NCBI GenBank assembly: GCA_049281435.1
Contig: JBAPSB010000069.1
Location: 4,861-68,860 of the forward strand
DNA length: 64,000 nucleotides
Source: Desulfobacterales bacterium
Lineage (GTDB): Bacteria > Desulfobacterota > Desulfobacteria > Desulfobacterales > SG8-13
Direction: 5' to 3'
The notes under the pieces were generated by a model. That model did not search any database, was not told the DNA's origin, and saw only the letters and a program-made list of their open reading frames with translations. Made by a program: the position numbers and the translations under genes. Positions 46,145 to 54,539 of the stretch are shown piece by piece; positions within the stretch are counted from its first letter, which is position 1; the number at the start of each line of letters is the position of its first letter.

Positions 46145-47395
46145 ATGAATCAACGACGCATCACCTTCACGCTTTGCCTGGTAGAGGTCCTGGCCATGAT
46201 CGGCATCGCCACCTTTCCGGCCCTGCTACCGACCTTTATCGACGCCTGGCACCTGAACAACACCCAGGCCGGCTGGATCAACGCCGTTTACTACGGCGGC
46301 TACATGATCAGTGTCCCGGTCCTCGTCAGCATTACCGACCGCTGCGATGCGCGGCACGTGGTCCTGTTCGGGGCCCTGGGGGCGATGGTTTCCGCATTGG
46401 GATTTGCACTTTTCGCCACGGGGTTCCGGTCCGCAGTTTTCTTCAGGCTTCTCGCCGGAATCAGCCTGGCGGGCATCTACATGCCGGGGCTCAAACTGCT
46501 CGGCGACCATACCGAAGGCGCGCTGCAAAGCCGGTACGTTTCTTTCTACACCGCTTCTTTTTCGATCGGCCTGAGCCTCTCCTTCCTGCTGGCCGGCGAA
46601 GTCAATACCCGCTTCGGTTGGCGCTGGGCCTTTGTCCTTGCGGCCCTTTGCGCTCTGGGCGCCGTGCTGGCAACCGTGCGTTTCTTGCCGCCGGGCACCA
46701 CGCGTCCGGCGACCTCACCCGCCGGAAAGCGGTCTTATTTCAGGTTCGATTTTAAACCGGTGTGGGCCGCCGGCAGGGCGCTGGCCTTTATCTTCGGCTA
46801 CGCGGCCCACATGTGGGAACTCTTCGGCTCACGCTCCTGGATCGTGGCCTTCCTCACCTTCAGTCAGTCGCTTCAGGCCGCATCGGCCGGATTTTCGGCC
46901 ACCCGCATCGCTTTTCTGGTGGGCTTGATCGGCCTGCCGGCCAGCATCGCCGGCAACGAAATCGCCCGCTTGTTCGGCCGCAAAAAAACCATTATCGTGA
47001 TTATGTCGGTGTCGGCCGCACTCTGCAGTGTGATCGGTTTCAGCGCGCCGCTGCCCTATGCGGTGGTGGTCGGCCTGTGCCTCCTGCACGCGGTCACGGT
47101 CGTTGGAGATTCGGCGGCCCTGACGGCCGGTGCGGTCGGCGCCGCCCCGGCGGGCTGCCGCGGCGCCACGCTGGCGCTGCATTCCACGCTCGGCTTCGGT
47201 GCGGCTTTCCTCGGCCCGCTGGCGGTCGGCATGGTGCTGGATCTTTTCAGCTCACAGATGACGCTCGCCTGGGGCATGGCGTATCTCACCATGGCCGCCG
47301 GCTGCGCACTGGGTCCCTTCTTTATCCTGTTTTTCGGCCGCCGACAGGCGCGTTCCGGCATTTCGCAGCCCGCATCCCGACCGCCGACCGGATGA
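46145..47395 (+). CDS. MFS transporter
   Basis: 416 aa with about 12 TM segments and an MFS-like loop 2-3 (…DRCDARHVV…). Confidence 0.85.
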   Translation: MNQRRITFTLCLVEVLAMIGIATFPALLPTFIDAWHLNNTQAGWINAVYYGGYMISVPVLVSITDRCDARHVVLFGALGAMVSALGFALFATGFRSAVFFRLLAGISLAGIYMPGLKLLGDHTEGALQSRYVSFYTASFSIGLSLSFLLAGEVNTRFGWRWAFVLAALCALGAVLATVRFLPPGTTRPATSPAGKRSYFRFDFKPVWAAGRALAFIFGYAAHMWELFGSRSWIVAFLTFSQSLQAASAGFSATRIAFLVGLIGLPASIAGNEIARLFGRKKTIIVIMSVSAALCSVIGFSAPLPYAVVVGLCLLHAVTVVGDSAALTAGAVGAAPAGCRGATLALHSTLGFGAAFLGPLAVGMVLDLFSSQMTLAWGMAYLTMAAGCALGPFFILFFGRRQARSGISQPASRPPTG

Positions 47396-47477
47396 GCCTT
47401 TGCATGTGGTCTGGAATTTGGTATTAGGGATCGATTTGGCTGGTTTTAAACCGGATCCGACATCTATACCGTAAGGC

Positions 47478-47501
47478 AGGGGCACGGCATGCCGTGCCCC
47501 T
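47478..47501. repeat. 24-bp perfect palindrome AGGGGCACGGCATGCCGTGCCCCT, copy 2
   Basis: Identical to 14147-14170. Here the GC flanks extend it to 28 bp. Confidence 0.9.
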
Positions 47502-47559
47502 GCGGGTCGTCATGGTGAATAGTAATCGGACATCGACTGGTGAATAAGGAGAATTGTTA

Positions 47560-48687
47560 ATGGGCAAGGATACGCAGTGCGTTCACAGTGGATCGATAGC
47601 GGATCGGATGAGCGGAGGACTGAATTCACCGATCTTCACCTCTTCCTCTTTCATTTACCTCGATGCGCAGGAAAACATCTATCCGCGCTATTACAACACC
47701 CCCAACCAAAAGGCCGTGGTCGACAAGCTCTGCGCCCTCGAAAACACGGAAAGCGGGCTGTTGTTCAGCTCCGGCATGGCGGCGATCAGCACGGTGGTGT
47801 ATGCCCTGGCCGGCAAGGGCGATCACGTGGTCATGCAGCGTGATATTTACGGCGGAACCCACCACTTCGCCACCGCCGAATTTGAGCGGTTCGGCATCGA
47901 CTACACCTTCGTGTCGAACAAGCCGGACGACTTCGCGGCGGCCATCCGCGACACCACGCGCTTGATTTACATCGAAACCCCGTCCAACCCCCTGCTGATG
48001 ATCACCGACATCGCCGCCGTGGCGGAAATCGCGCGGTCGCGCCGCATTCCCAGTGCCATCGACAACACCTTCGCCTCGCCCATCAACCAGAACCCGCACG
48101 AGTTGGGAATCGACATCGTGGTTCACAGCGGCACCAAATATCTCGGCGGACACAGTGACATCTGCTGCGGGGCCGTTCTGAGTTCCGGGCCACTCATCGA
48201 ACAGATAAAATCTTCGGCCATCAATTTTGGCGGCAGCCTCAACGCCGCCACCTGTCATCTGCTCGAGCGCAGTCTAAAGACGATGGGGATACGGGTCGAG
48301 CGGCAGAACAAAAATGCGCTGACCATCGCGCGCCATCTGAGCGGCCATCCCCGCATCCGGCGCGTTTACTACCCGGGCCTCGAGACCCACCCCGGATTTG
48401 ATATCGCCCGGCGGCAAATGCGCGCTTTCGGCGGCATGCTGTCCTTCGACCTCGACGAGAGCCAAATCGACCCGCAGCACTTCGGACGCGCCCTCGAATT
48501 GATCCGGCCGGCCCTGAGCCTCGGCGGGGTTGAATCGATCATCTGCGCGCCGGCCGTGACCTCCCACGTCAAGCTGTCGCCGGCCGAACGACTGGAACTG
48601 GGAATTACCGACAGCCTTTTCCGGCTCTCGGTCGGCATCGAAGACGTCGATGACCTGATCGGCGATCTCGACCGGGCCTTGGCATAG
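47560..48687 (+). CDS. Cys/Met-metabolism PLP-dependent enzyme (cystathionine gamma-synthase / gamma-lyase family)
   Basis: 375 aa. HSGTKYLGGHSD PLP-lysine motif. AAGGAG RBS before the ATG at 47560. Confidence 0.88.
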   Translation: MGKDTQCVHSGSIADRMSGGLNSPIFTSSSFIYLDAQENIYPRYYNTPNQKAVVDKLCALENTESGLLFSSGMAAISTVVYALAGKGDHVVMQRDIYGGTHHFATAEFERFGIDYTFVSNKPDDFAAAIRDTTRLIYIETPSNPLLMITDIAAVAEIARSRRIPSAIDNTFASPINQNPHELGIDIVVHSGTKYLGGHSDICCGAVLSSGPLIEQIKSSAINFGGSLNAATCHLLERSLKTMGIRVERQNKNALTIARHLSGHPRIRRVYYPGLETHPGFDIARRQMRAFGGMLSFDLDESQIDPQHFGRALELIRPALSLGGVESIICAPAVTSHVKLSPAERLELGITDSLFRLSVGIEDVDDLIGDLDRALA

Positions 48688-48714
48688 TAAAGGCTCTTGA
48701 CTTTCGAAACGTAA

Positions 48715-48793
48715 TTTCACCGCCCGCTGCGCTCGAGACGCTGAGTCCGCAGCAGAAAAATCTCTCTGCGCCTTCCGCGTCTCGGCGGTGAAA
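48715..48793 (+). other. ~79-nt extended imperfect hairpin between the CGS-like and MtnX-like genes
   Basis: TTTCACCGCC (48715-48724) pairs with GGCGGTGAAA (48784-48793). An inner CGAGACGC/GCGTCTCG pairing is also present. Confidence 0.55.
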
Positions 48794-48813
48794 CCCGTCA
48801 CGGGCACTCATTT

Positions 48814-49488
48814 ATGAAAACACCAACAATATACAAACGCATCGTGTTCTGTGACTTCGACGGGACCATCACGGCCGAAGAGACCTTCGTGGCCATGCTC
48901 AAGCACTTTGCCGCAAAGCCCTACGATGAGATGGAAAAACTGCTGGTCGAAGGCCGGGTGACCCTCAGGCAAGCCGTGCGGTCGTTGGTCGAATCGATTC
49001 CCTCGGTCCGCTATCCGCACATCATCGAGTTCGTAAAGGACAAGCCGATCCGGCCGGGATTTCCGGAACTGCTCGACTTTCTTTACTTCCACGGGGTTCC
49101 CCTGGTGGTGATCTCCGGCGGGCTCATGGGGTCGGTAGCGGTGAAGCTGGCGCCTTTTGAGCATCGCATCCACGCCATGTACGCGGCCGAAGTCGATGCC
49201 GACAAAGAATTTCTCCGTGTTCATTCGATATTTGAAAGCGACACCGAACTGGTGGCAAAAACCCGGGTGATGGAACTCTACCCATGCGAGCAGTCGATCG
49301 TCATCGGCGACGGCATCACGGATCTGAACGGCGCCATGGCGGCCGATCTTGTCTTCGCCCGCGACGGCCTGTGCCGGTATCTGGCAAAAAAGAGCCGGCC
49401 GTTCATCCGCTGGGAAGACTTTTTCGACGTCTGCAATCACTTGTCGAAACGCTGGCTGGCCGATGACCCGGATTTTGGAAGGCTTTAA
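48814..49488 (+). CDS. HAD-IB phosphatase, MtnX-like (2-hydroxy-3-keto-5-methylthiopentenyl-1-phosphate phosphatase family)
   Basis: VFCDFDGTIT, VISGG and IGDGITDL…DLVFAR resemble B. subtilis MtnX as I recall it. The stop codon lies inside family-2 repeat copy 2. Confidence 0.7.
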   Translation: MKTPTIYKRIVFCDFDGTITAEETFVAMLKHFAAKPYDEMEKLLVEGRVTLRQAVRSLVESIPSVRYPHIIEFVKDKPIRPGFPELLDFLYFHGVPLVVISGGLMGSVAVKLAPFEHRIHAMYAAEVDADKEFLRVHSIFESDTELVAKTRVMELYPCEQSIVIGDGITDLNGAMAADLVFARDGLCRYLAKKSRPFIRWEDFFDVCNHLSKRWLADDPDFGRL

Positions 49489-49579
49489 GATACTGGTTTT
49501 GGCAAGGCCAGAAGGCGGCGGCTGTATGGTCATACGCCAACGACCGATAACACAGCCAAAACCTATATTTTAAAGCCTA
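49480..49579 (+). repeat. ~100-bp long-hairpin repeat, family 2, copy 2
   Basis: Aligns with 46023-46123. Overlaps the last 3 codons of the MtnX-like ORF. Confidence 0.8.
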
Positions 49580-49782
49580 TAACGCCACTGGAATGTGAAA
49601 CGGGAATAGCAGGAAAAGAAGTCGGCAGGGGCTGGTCACGCTGTGCGCGACCACTGTTGGGGGGGCATGGTCGTCATCACCGCGCTCCGGCTGCCGGCGC
49701 AAAGACATCCTCCGGCGGGAAAAGCCCGCCGAAAACTGACGAAGCCGGGCCAGGGTGTCGACGCCGATGGGCCGGAACAGGT

Positions 49783-50238
49783 TCAGTCGCTCAGCTTTTC
49801 GAGTGCCGCCAGGTCGTCGCCCAGCCGCTGCATCCGCCCGCCCATAATGTCGATGACCGCCGACTGCGCGTCGAGCCACAGCGGCAAAGCGCCTTGCAGG
49901 ACCTCGACGCCCTGGGGGGTCAACTCCAGGGTCCGCGTCCGCAGGTCCTTGCCGTGCCCCGACCGGATCAGCCCTTCGCGCTCCAGGGGCTTGAGATTGC
50001 GGTTGAGGGTGGTGCGGTCCAGCAGCATGAGGTCGGCGAGCCGGCTGATGGTTGAGGAAGGATACAGGTTAATGGCGTTGAGCAGGGTGAACTGAGTGCC
50101 TTTCAACCCCACCGGCTTCAGGTACTCGTCGTAGTGGTTGCCGACCACACGCGATACCCGGCGGACCCGAATGCCCATGCAGGTGTCGGCGACCTTGCGG
50201 CAGATACCCTTCAATCGATTCTGGACTTGTTCTGTCAT
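49783..50238 (-). CDS. MarR-family transcriptional regulator
   Basis: 151 aa from MTEQVQ…. Winged-HTH pattern (…LKGTQFTLLNAI…ISRLADLMLLDRTTLNRNLKPLEREGLI). The longer track ORF is not credible. Confidence 0.85.
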   Translation of the reverse strand: MTEQVQNRLKGICRKVADTCMGIRVRRVSRVVGNHYDEYLKPVGLKGTQFTLLNAINLYPSSTISRLADLMLLDRTTLNRNLKPLEREGLIRSGHGKDLRTRTLELTPQGVEVLQGALPLWLDAQSAVIDIMGGRMQRLGDDLAALEKLSD

Positions 50239-50389
50239 AATGTCTGTACGTACACATGAAGAAAACAGAATGTCAAGCCCCAAATGATGCCCATCAGAAT
50301 TTTTCGAAAGGATGAGCGTTGCCTGAATCCGGCCGAAGGGGTGATCCCGTTTCACCACGCAAATCGTCCCCACATCGGAGGCTTTAAGC

Positions 50390-51469
50390 ATGAATGATCG
50401 CCCCCCTCCGAATCGCCGATCCCGGCGGTGGCTGATCGCTGTGGCGGCCATCGGGATTCTCTTCGCTCTATCCCAGGTGATAGTGGAGAATTTCCGGGAC
50501 GAGGAACACTCGTTGCGCCGGCAGTTCCGCAAGTCGGTGGAAGAATGGTTTCCCGAGCAGGCGGCAGTCGTCAAAGGGTCCTATGGTTTAAGGCCCTTCA
50601 AAACAAACGCGGATCCGCGGGCGGCGGACAATTCCGCGCCGCAGGTGGTTGTTTTGATCCACGGCCTGGACGATCCGGGCAAAGTCTGGATGAACCTGGC
50701 TCCGGCTCTGGCGGCCAAAGGCTACCGGGTTTGGATCATGACCTATCCCAACGATCAACCCCTGGACGAATCGGCCCGGCTGTTCTTTACCGAATTGAAA
50801 ACATTGCGGGAAGGCACGGTCGAGAAAATTTTCCTTGTGGCCCATAGCATGGGCGGCCTGATTTCCCGCCAGATGCTCACCGACCCGGCGATCGACTATG
50901 CCGAAGCGCTGGAAAACCGGCAAGTGCCCGCGGTCGATCTTCTTGTCATGGTGGGAACCCCGAATCACGGCTCGGAAATGGCACGATTGCGGGGCTTTAC
51001 CGAATTTCGGGACCAACTGGCCCGCATTGCCGAAGGCGAGGGTCACTGGCTGGGGGCCATCCTGGACGGTGCGGGCGAGGCCAAGATCGATCTGCTGCCG
51101 GACAGCCGTTTTCTGCGCGCATTGAATGCCCGACCCCATCCTTCAGGAGTGGAGATGGTGGTCGTTGCCGGGATCGCCAGCCCGTGGGACGAAGATGACA
51201 TCAAAACCTGGATTCATGCGCTTAAGGACCGTTACCCCCAAAGGGGGGATCCGGTCGTAAACAGCCTCGAAGCGATGCTCCTGTCGATGACCCGCGGATT
51301 GGGTGACGGCCTGGTGACCGTCGATTCCGCCCGCCTTGCGGGAGTTCCGCTGGTGATGGTTTCCGGCACTCACCTGTCGATGATTCGCAACACGACGGCC
51401 GCGAGTCCGCGCATTCCGCCGGCAGTCCCCGTCATTTTGGACCATCTCGAAAACCGTTACCGGAGATAA
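50390..51469 (+). CDS. Membrane-anchored alpha/beta hydrolase (lipase/PGAP1-like)
   Basis: N-terminal TM anchor and VAHSMGG nucleophile elbow. Divergent from the MarR gene. Confidence 0.8.
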   Translation: MNDRPPPNRRSRRWLIAVAAIGILFALSQVIVENFRDEEHSLRRQFRKSVEEWFPEQAAVVKGSYGLRPFKTNADPRAADNSAPQVVVLIHGLDDPGKVWMNLAPALAAKGYRVWIMTYPNDQPLDESARLFFTELKTLREGTVEKIFLVAHSMGGLISRQMLTDPAIDYAEALENRQVPAVDLLVMVGTPNHGSEMARLRGFTEFRDQLARIAEGEGHWLGAILDGAGEAKIDLLPDSRFLRALNARPHPSGVEMVVVAGIASPWDEDDIKTWIHALKDRYPQRGDPVVNSLEAMLLSMTRGLGDGLVTVDSARLAGVPLVMVSGTHLSMIRNTTAASPRIPPAVPVILDHLENRYRR

Positions 51470-51620
51470 GGCATAAAGTCCGCTTCTCAAATGCGAAAGG
51501 CGTGATTATGGTTCGGGGAGTGCACTTTGCACCAACGGCTGCCGGTCGGATCAACCGGTTCACAGCGAGTGCTCCGGTGCCGTTTTCCCGTCAATCGTGC
51601 CGCCTGAACAGGAGAGCCCC

Positions 51621-53702
51621 ATGCCCACAAACCGCCTGATCAACGAAAAAAGCCCCTATTTGTTGCAGCATGCCCACAATCCCGTCGATTGGTATCCTTG
51701 GGCCGATGACACGTTCGCGCACGCCCGCCTCGAAAACAAGCCGATTTTTCTGTCGATCGGCTATGCCACCTGCCACTGGTGCCACGTCATGGAAAAGGAG
51801 ACCTTCGAGGACGAAGAAGCCGCGCGGTATCTCAACGACACCTTCGTGTGCATCAAGGTCGATCGCGAAGAGCGTCCCGATATCGATGCGGTTTACATGG
51901 CGGCCTGTCAGATGGTGACCGGCAGCGGCGGCTGGCCTCTGACCATTTTCATGACGCCGGACAAAAAGCCCTTTTTCGCGGCGACCTACCTGCCGAAACT
52001 CACCCGCTTCGGCCGGGCGGGGGTCGTCGAGCTGTGCCGGCAGGTCGGCTCGATCTGGCAAAAGGAAGTGGACAAGGTGCTGGCTTCGGCCGACCAGCTC
52101 GTGGAGCATCTGGGAAGGGCCTTCGAATTCCAGCCGGCCGGTGACCCGGACGCCTCTTTGATCGATCGCGCCTACGATCAGATCAAAAAAGGCTACGACG
52201 GTCGCCACGGCGGTTTCGAGCCGGCCCCGAAATTTCCGACGCCCCACCGGCTCCTGTTTCTGTTGCGGTGTTACCTGCGCCACGAGGACCCACTGGCCCT
52301 TGAAATGGTTGAAAAAACGCTGACGGCCATGCGCCTGGGCGGCATATGGGACCACGTCGGCCACGGGTTTCACCGCTACTCCACGGATTCGGAGTGGCTG
52401 GTGCCGCACTTCGAGAAAATGCTCTATGACCAGGCGCTGGTGGCGCTGCCGTACCTGGAAACCTATCAGATCACCCGTAATCCTTTTTACGCCCGCACCG
52501 TGGCGGAAATCTTCACCTATGTCCTGCGGGACATGCAGTCGCCGGAAGGCGGATTCTACTCGGCCGAAGATGCCGACAGCGAAGGCGAGGAAGGACGGTT
52601 CTACGTCTGGACCGCCGCCGAGTTCGGCAGCGTGCTGGGTGCACAAGACGCCGCGGTGTGGTCGCGGGTGTTCAATCTGGAAGAAGGCGGCAATTTCCTG
52701 GATGAGTCCACGCGGAGCAGGACCGGCGCCAACATCCTGAACCTGAAGCACCCGCCGGAGCAAGTGGCGGCGGACATCGGCGCCGCCGGGGAAGATCTGC
52801 TCGAAAAATGGGAACCGGTGCGCGAAAAATTGTTTCAGCACCGCGAAAAGCGCGTCCACCCGCTCAAGGACGACAAGGTCCTGACCGACTGGAACGGAAT
52901 GATGATCGCCGCCCTGGCGCGCGGCGCGCGCATCCTCGACCGGCCGCAGTTCAAAGACGCCGCCGTTCGCGCCGCGCGCTTCGTTCTCGAAAAATTGCGC
53001 GGCGCCGAAGGGCGTCTCTTTCACCGCTACCGCGAAGGCGAGGTCGCCATCGACGGCCATGCCGAAGACTACGCCTTTCTTATTTTCGGCCTCTTGGAAC
53101 TCTACCGGACCACGTTCGATCCGCTCTACCTCAAGGAATCCCTCGCCCTTCAGAAGCAGATGCTGGAGGATTTCCGGGATGACCGCAACGGCGGCTTTTA
53201 CACGACATCGAGCGCCAATCGCGAGCTGCCGGTGCGACCCAAGGAACTCTACGACGGCGCGATTCCATCGGTCAATTCGATGGCTTTATATAACTTTCTC
53301 TGCCTCTCGCGGTTGACCGGGGATGCCAAATGGGAAGAAGAGGCGCAGGCGCTGGCGCGGTCGTTTTCCGGGTCGATAAGCGCCCAGCCATCGGCCTTCA
53401 CTTTCTTCCTGGTGGGCCTGGACTTCGCCCTGAATCCGGGCGAAGACGTGGTGATCGCCGGCAAACCGGAAGCGGCGGATACCCTGGAAATGCTCTCGGC
53501 CATCAATTTCAATTTCAGTCCGCGCGGGATCACTCTGGTCAAATCGGATAAAAACGCGAAGGAGTTGGCCTGGGTGGCCGGCTTCACCGACAAACTGGCG
53601 GTTGTCGACGGAAAAACCACCGCCTATATTTGCAAGGGCGGATCGTGCCGGGAGTCCACGAGCGATGTCGCTGCACTGTTGGAAAAGCTGACGCAAAAGT
53701 AA
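51621..53702 (+). CDS. Thioredoxin-domain protein YyaL/DUF255 family (N-terminal Trx-like, C-terminal six-hairpin glycosidase-like)
   Basis: [24 protein letters not shown]…[12 protein letters not shown] is the characteristic N-terminus. About 693 aa. Confidence 0.88.
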   Translation: MPTNRLINEKSPYLLQHAHNPVDWYPWADDTFAHARLENKPIFLSIGYATCHWCHVMEKETFEDEEAARYLNDTFVCIKVDREERPDIDAVYMAACQMVTGSGGWPLTIFMTPDKKPFFAATYLPKLTRFGRAGVVELCRQVGSIWQKEVDKVLASADQLVEHLGRAFEFQPAGDPDASLIDRAYDQIKKGYDGRHGGFEPAPKFPTPHRLLFLLRCYLRHEDPLALEMVEKTLTAMRLGGIWDHVGHGFHRYSTDSEWLVPHFEKMLYDQALVALPYLETYQITRNPFYARTVAEIFTYVLRDMQSPEGGFYSAEDADSEGEEGRFYVWTAAEFGSVLGAQDAAVWSRVFNLEEGGNFLDESTRSRTGANILNLKHPPEQVAADIGAAGEDLLEKWEPVREKLFQHREKRVHPLKDDKVLTDWNGMMIAALARGARILDRPQFKDAAVRAARFVLEKLRGAEGRLFHRYREGEVAIDGHAEDYAFLIFGLLELYRTTFDPLYLKESLALQKQMLEDFRDDRNGGFYTTSSANRELPVRPKELYDGAIPSVNSMALYNFLCLSRLTGDAKWEEEAQALARSFSGSISAQPSAFTFFLVGLDFALNPGEDVVIAGKPEAADTLEMLSAINFNFSPRGITLVKSDKNAKELAWVAGFTDKLAVVDGKTTAYICKGGSCRESTSDVAALLEKLTQK

Positions 53703-53799
53703 ATCGCGCCGGAAATCTGACGTCCGGCGGCGGCGATGATTTGAAGCGGTTGAGGTGGCCCGCAGGCCGCGGCGGGCGCCGGAGGAAACCAGAGGCCGG

Positions 53800-54441
53800 T
53801 CAGGAATAGGCGCTGTTTCCGTTCACGCTCGACGACCGGGCCCTTATTTCTCTTTCAATTTTGTTCATCTCGACCTTGAAACACTCCGGGCAGATGCCGT
53901 GCGTAAAGTCGACGTCCCAAAGTTCCTTGAAGTAAGATTCGAGCCGGCGCCATGACTCTTCGCCGTCGCGCACTTTCCGGCAACTGGAGCAAATGGGAAT
54001 CAGGCGCCGAAGTTCGACGATTTCACTGATGTCCTCGATAACCAGCAGGGCCAGCGATCTTTCCTGGTAGCAAAAGAGCGACGCCGTGACCAGGGCATAG
54101 ATCTCGATCTTGTGTCCATCCCGGATGACTTCCAACCGCGTACGGCGCCGCACGGTGCGCTTGCCCCGAAAGGCTTCGCCTACCGAATTTCTTAAAACGC
54201 ACCCCGTGCACACAGGCCCGCGGCCGCAGCCTTCCGGATCATCGTCAGCGTGCAGGCAATGCAACACGTCGCCGCCGCGCTGGTTCAGCAGGGTCGACCG
54301 TTGAACCGCCAGGAAATCGGCAGCCGCTGCATTGCACTCCTGAATCCGAACATCTTCATCGACCACGAATGTCAGAGACGGCAGCGCATCGAACACGGAT
54401 CTAAGCATTCCTGGTTCATCCTCGACTTTCCCGATCATCAT
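53800..54441 (-). CDS. PAS-like domain protein with Cys-rich insert and C-terminal CxxC…CPEC tail
   Basis: 213 aa. It reads LRSVFDALPSLTFVVDEDVRIQECN…, then CGRGPVCTGC, and has the C-terminal tail PICSSCRKVRDGEESWRRLESYFKELWDVDFTHGICPEC. Confidence 0.75.
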   Translation of the reverse strand: MMIGKVEDEPGMLRSVFDALPSLTFVVDEDVRIQECNAAAADFLAVQRSTLLNQRGGDVLHCLHADDDPEGCGRGPVCTGCVLRNSVGEAFRGKRTVRRRTRLEVIRDGHKIEIYALVTASLFCYQERSLALLVIEDISEIVELRRLIPICSSCRKVRDGEESWRRLESYFKELWDVDFTHGICPECFKVEMNKIEREIRARSSSVNGNSAYS

Positions 54442-54539
54442 CCCTCTCTTCCTATTGAACCCAACCAGTATCGGAAAACGGCCATTTTAATCAGCCAATA
54501 GCGGGTCGTAATTTGTTAAAGACGCTCTTTTTTACGGCA

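Noticed and set aside
54112-54124. GTGTCCATCCCGG inside the PAS-protein gene, resembling the family-1 TIR
   Set aside because: It is a 13-nt match within a well-behaved coding frame (…DGHKIEIY…) with no flanking repeat homology. It is probably chance.
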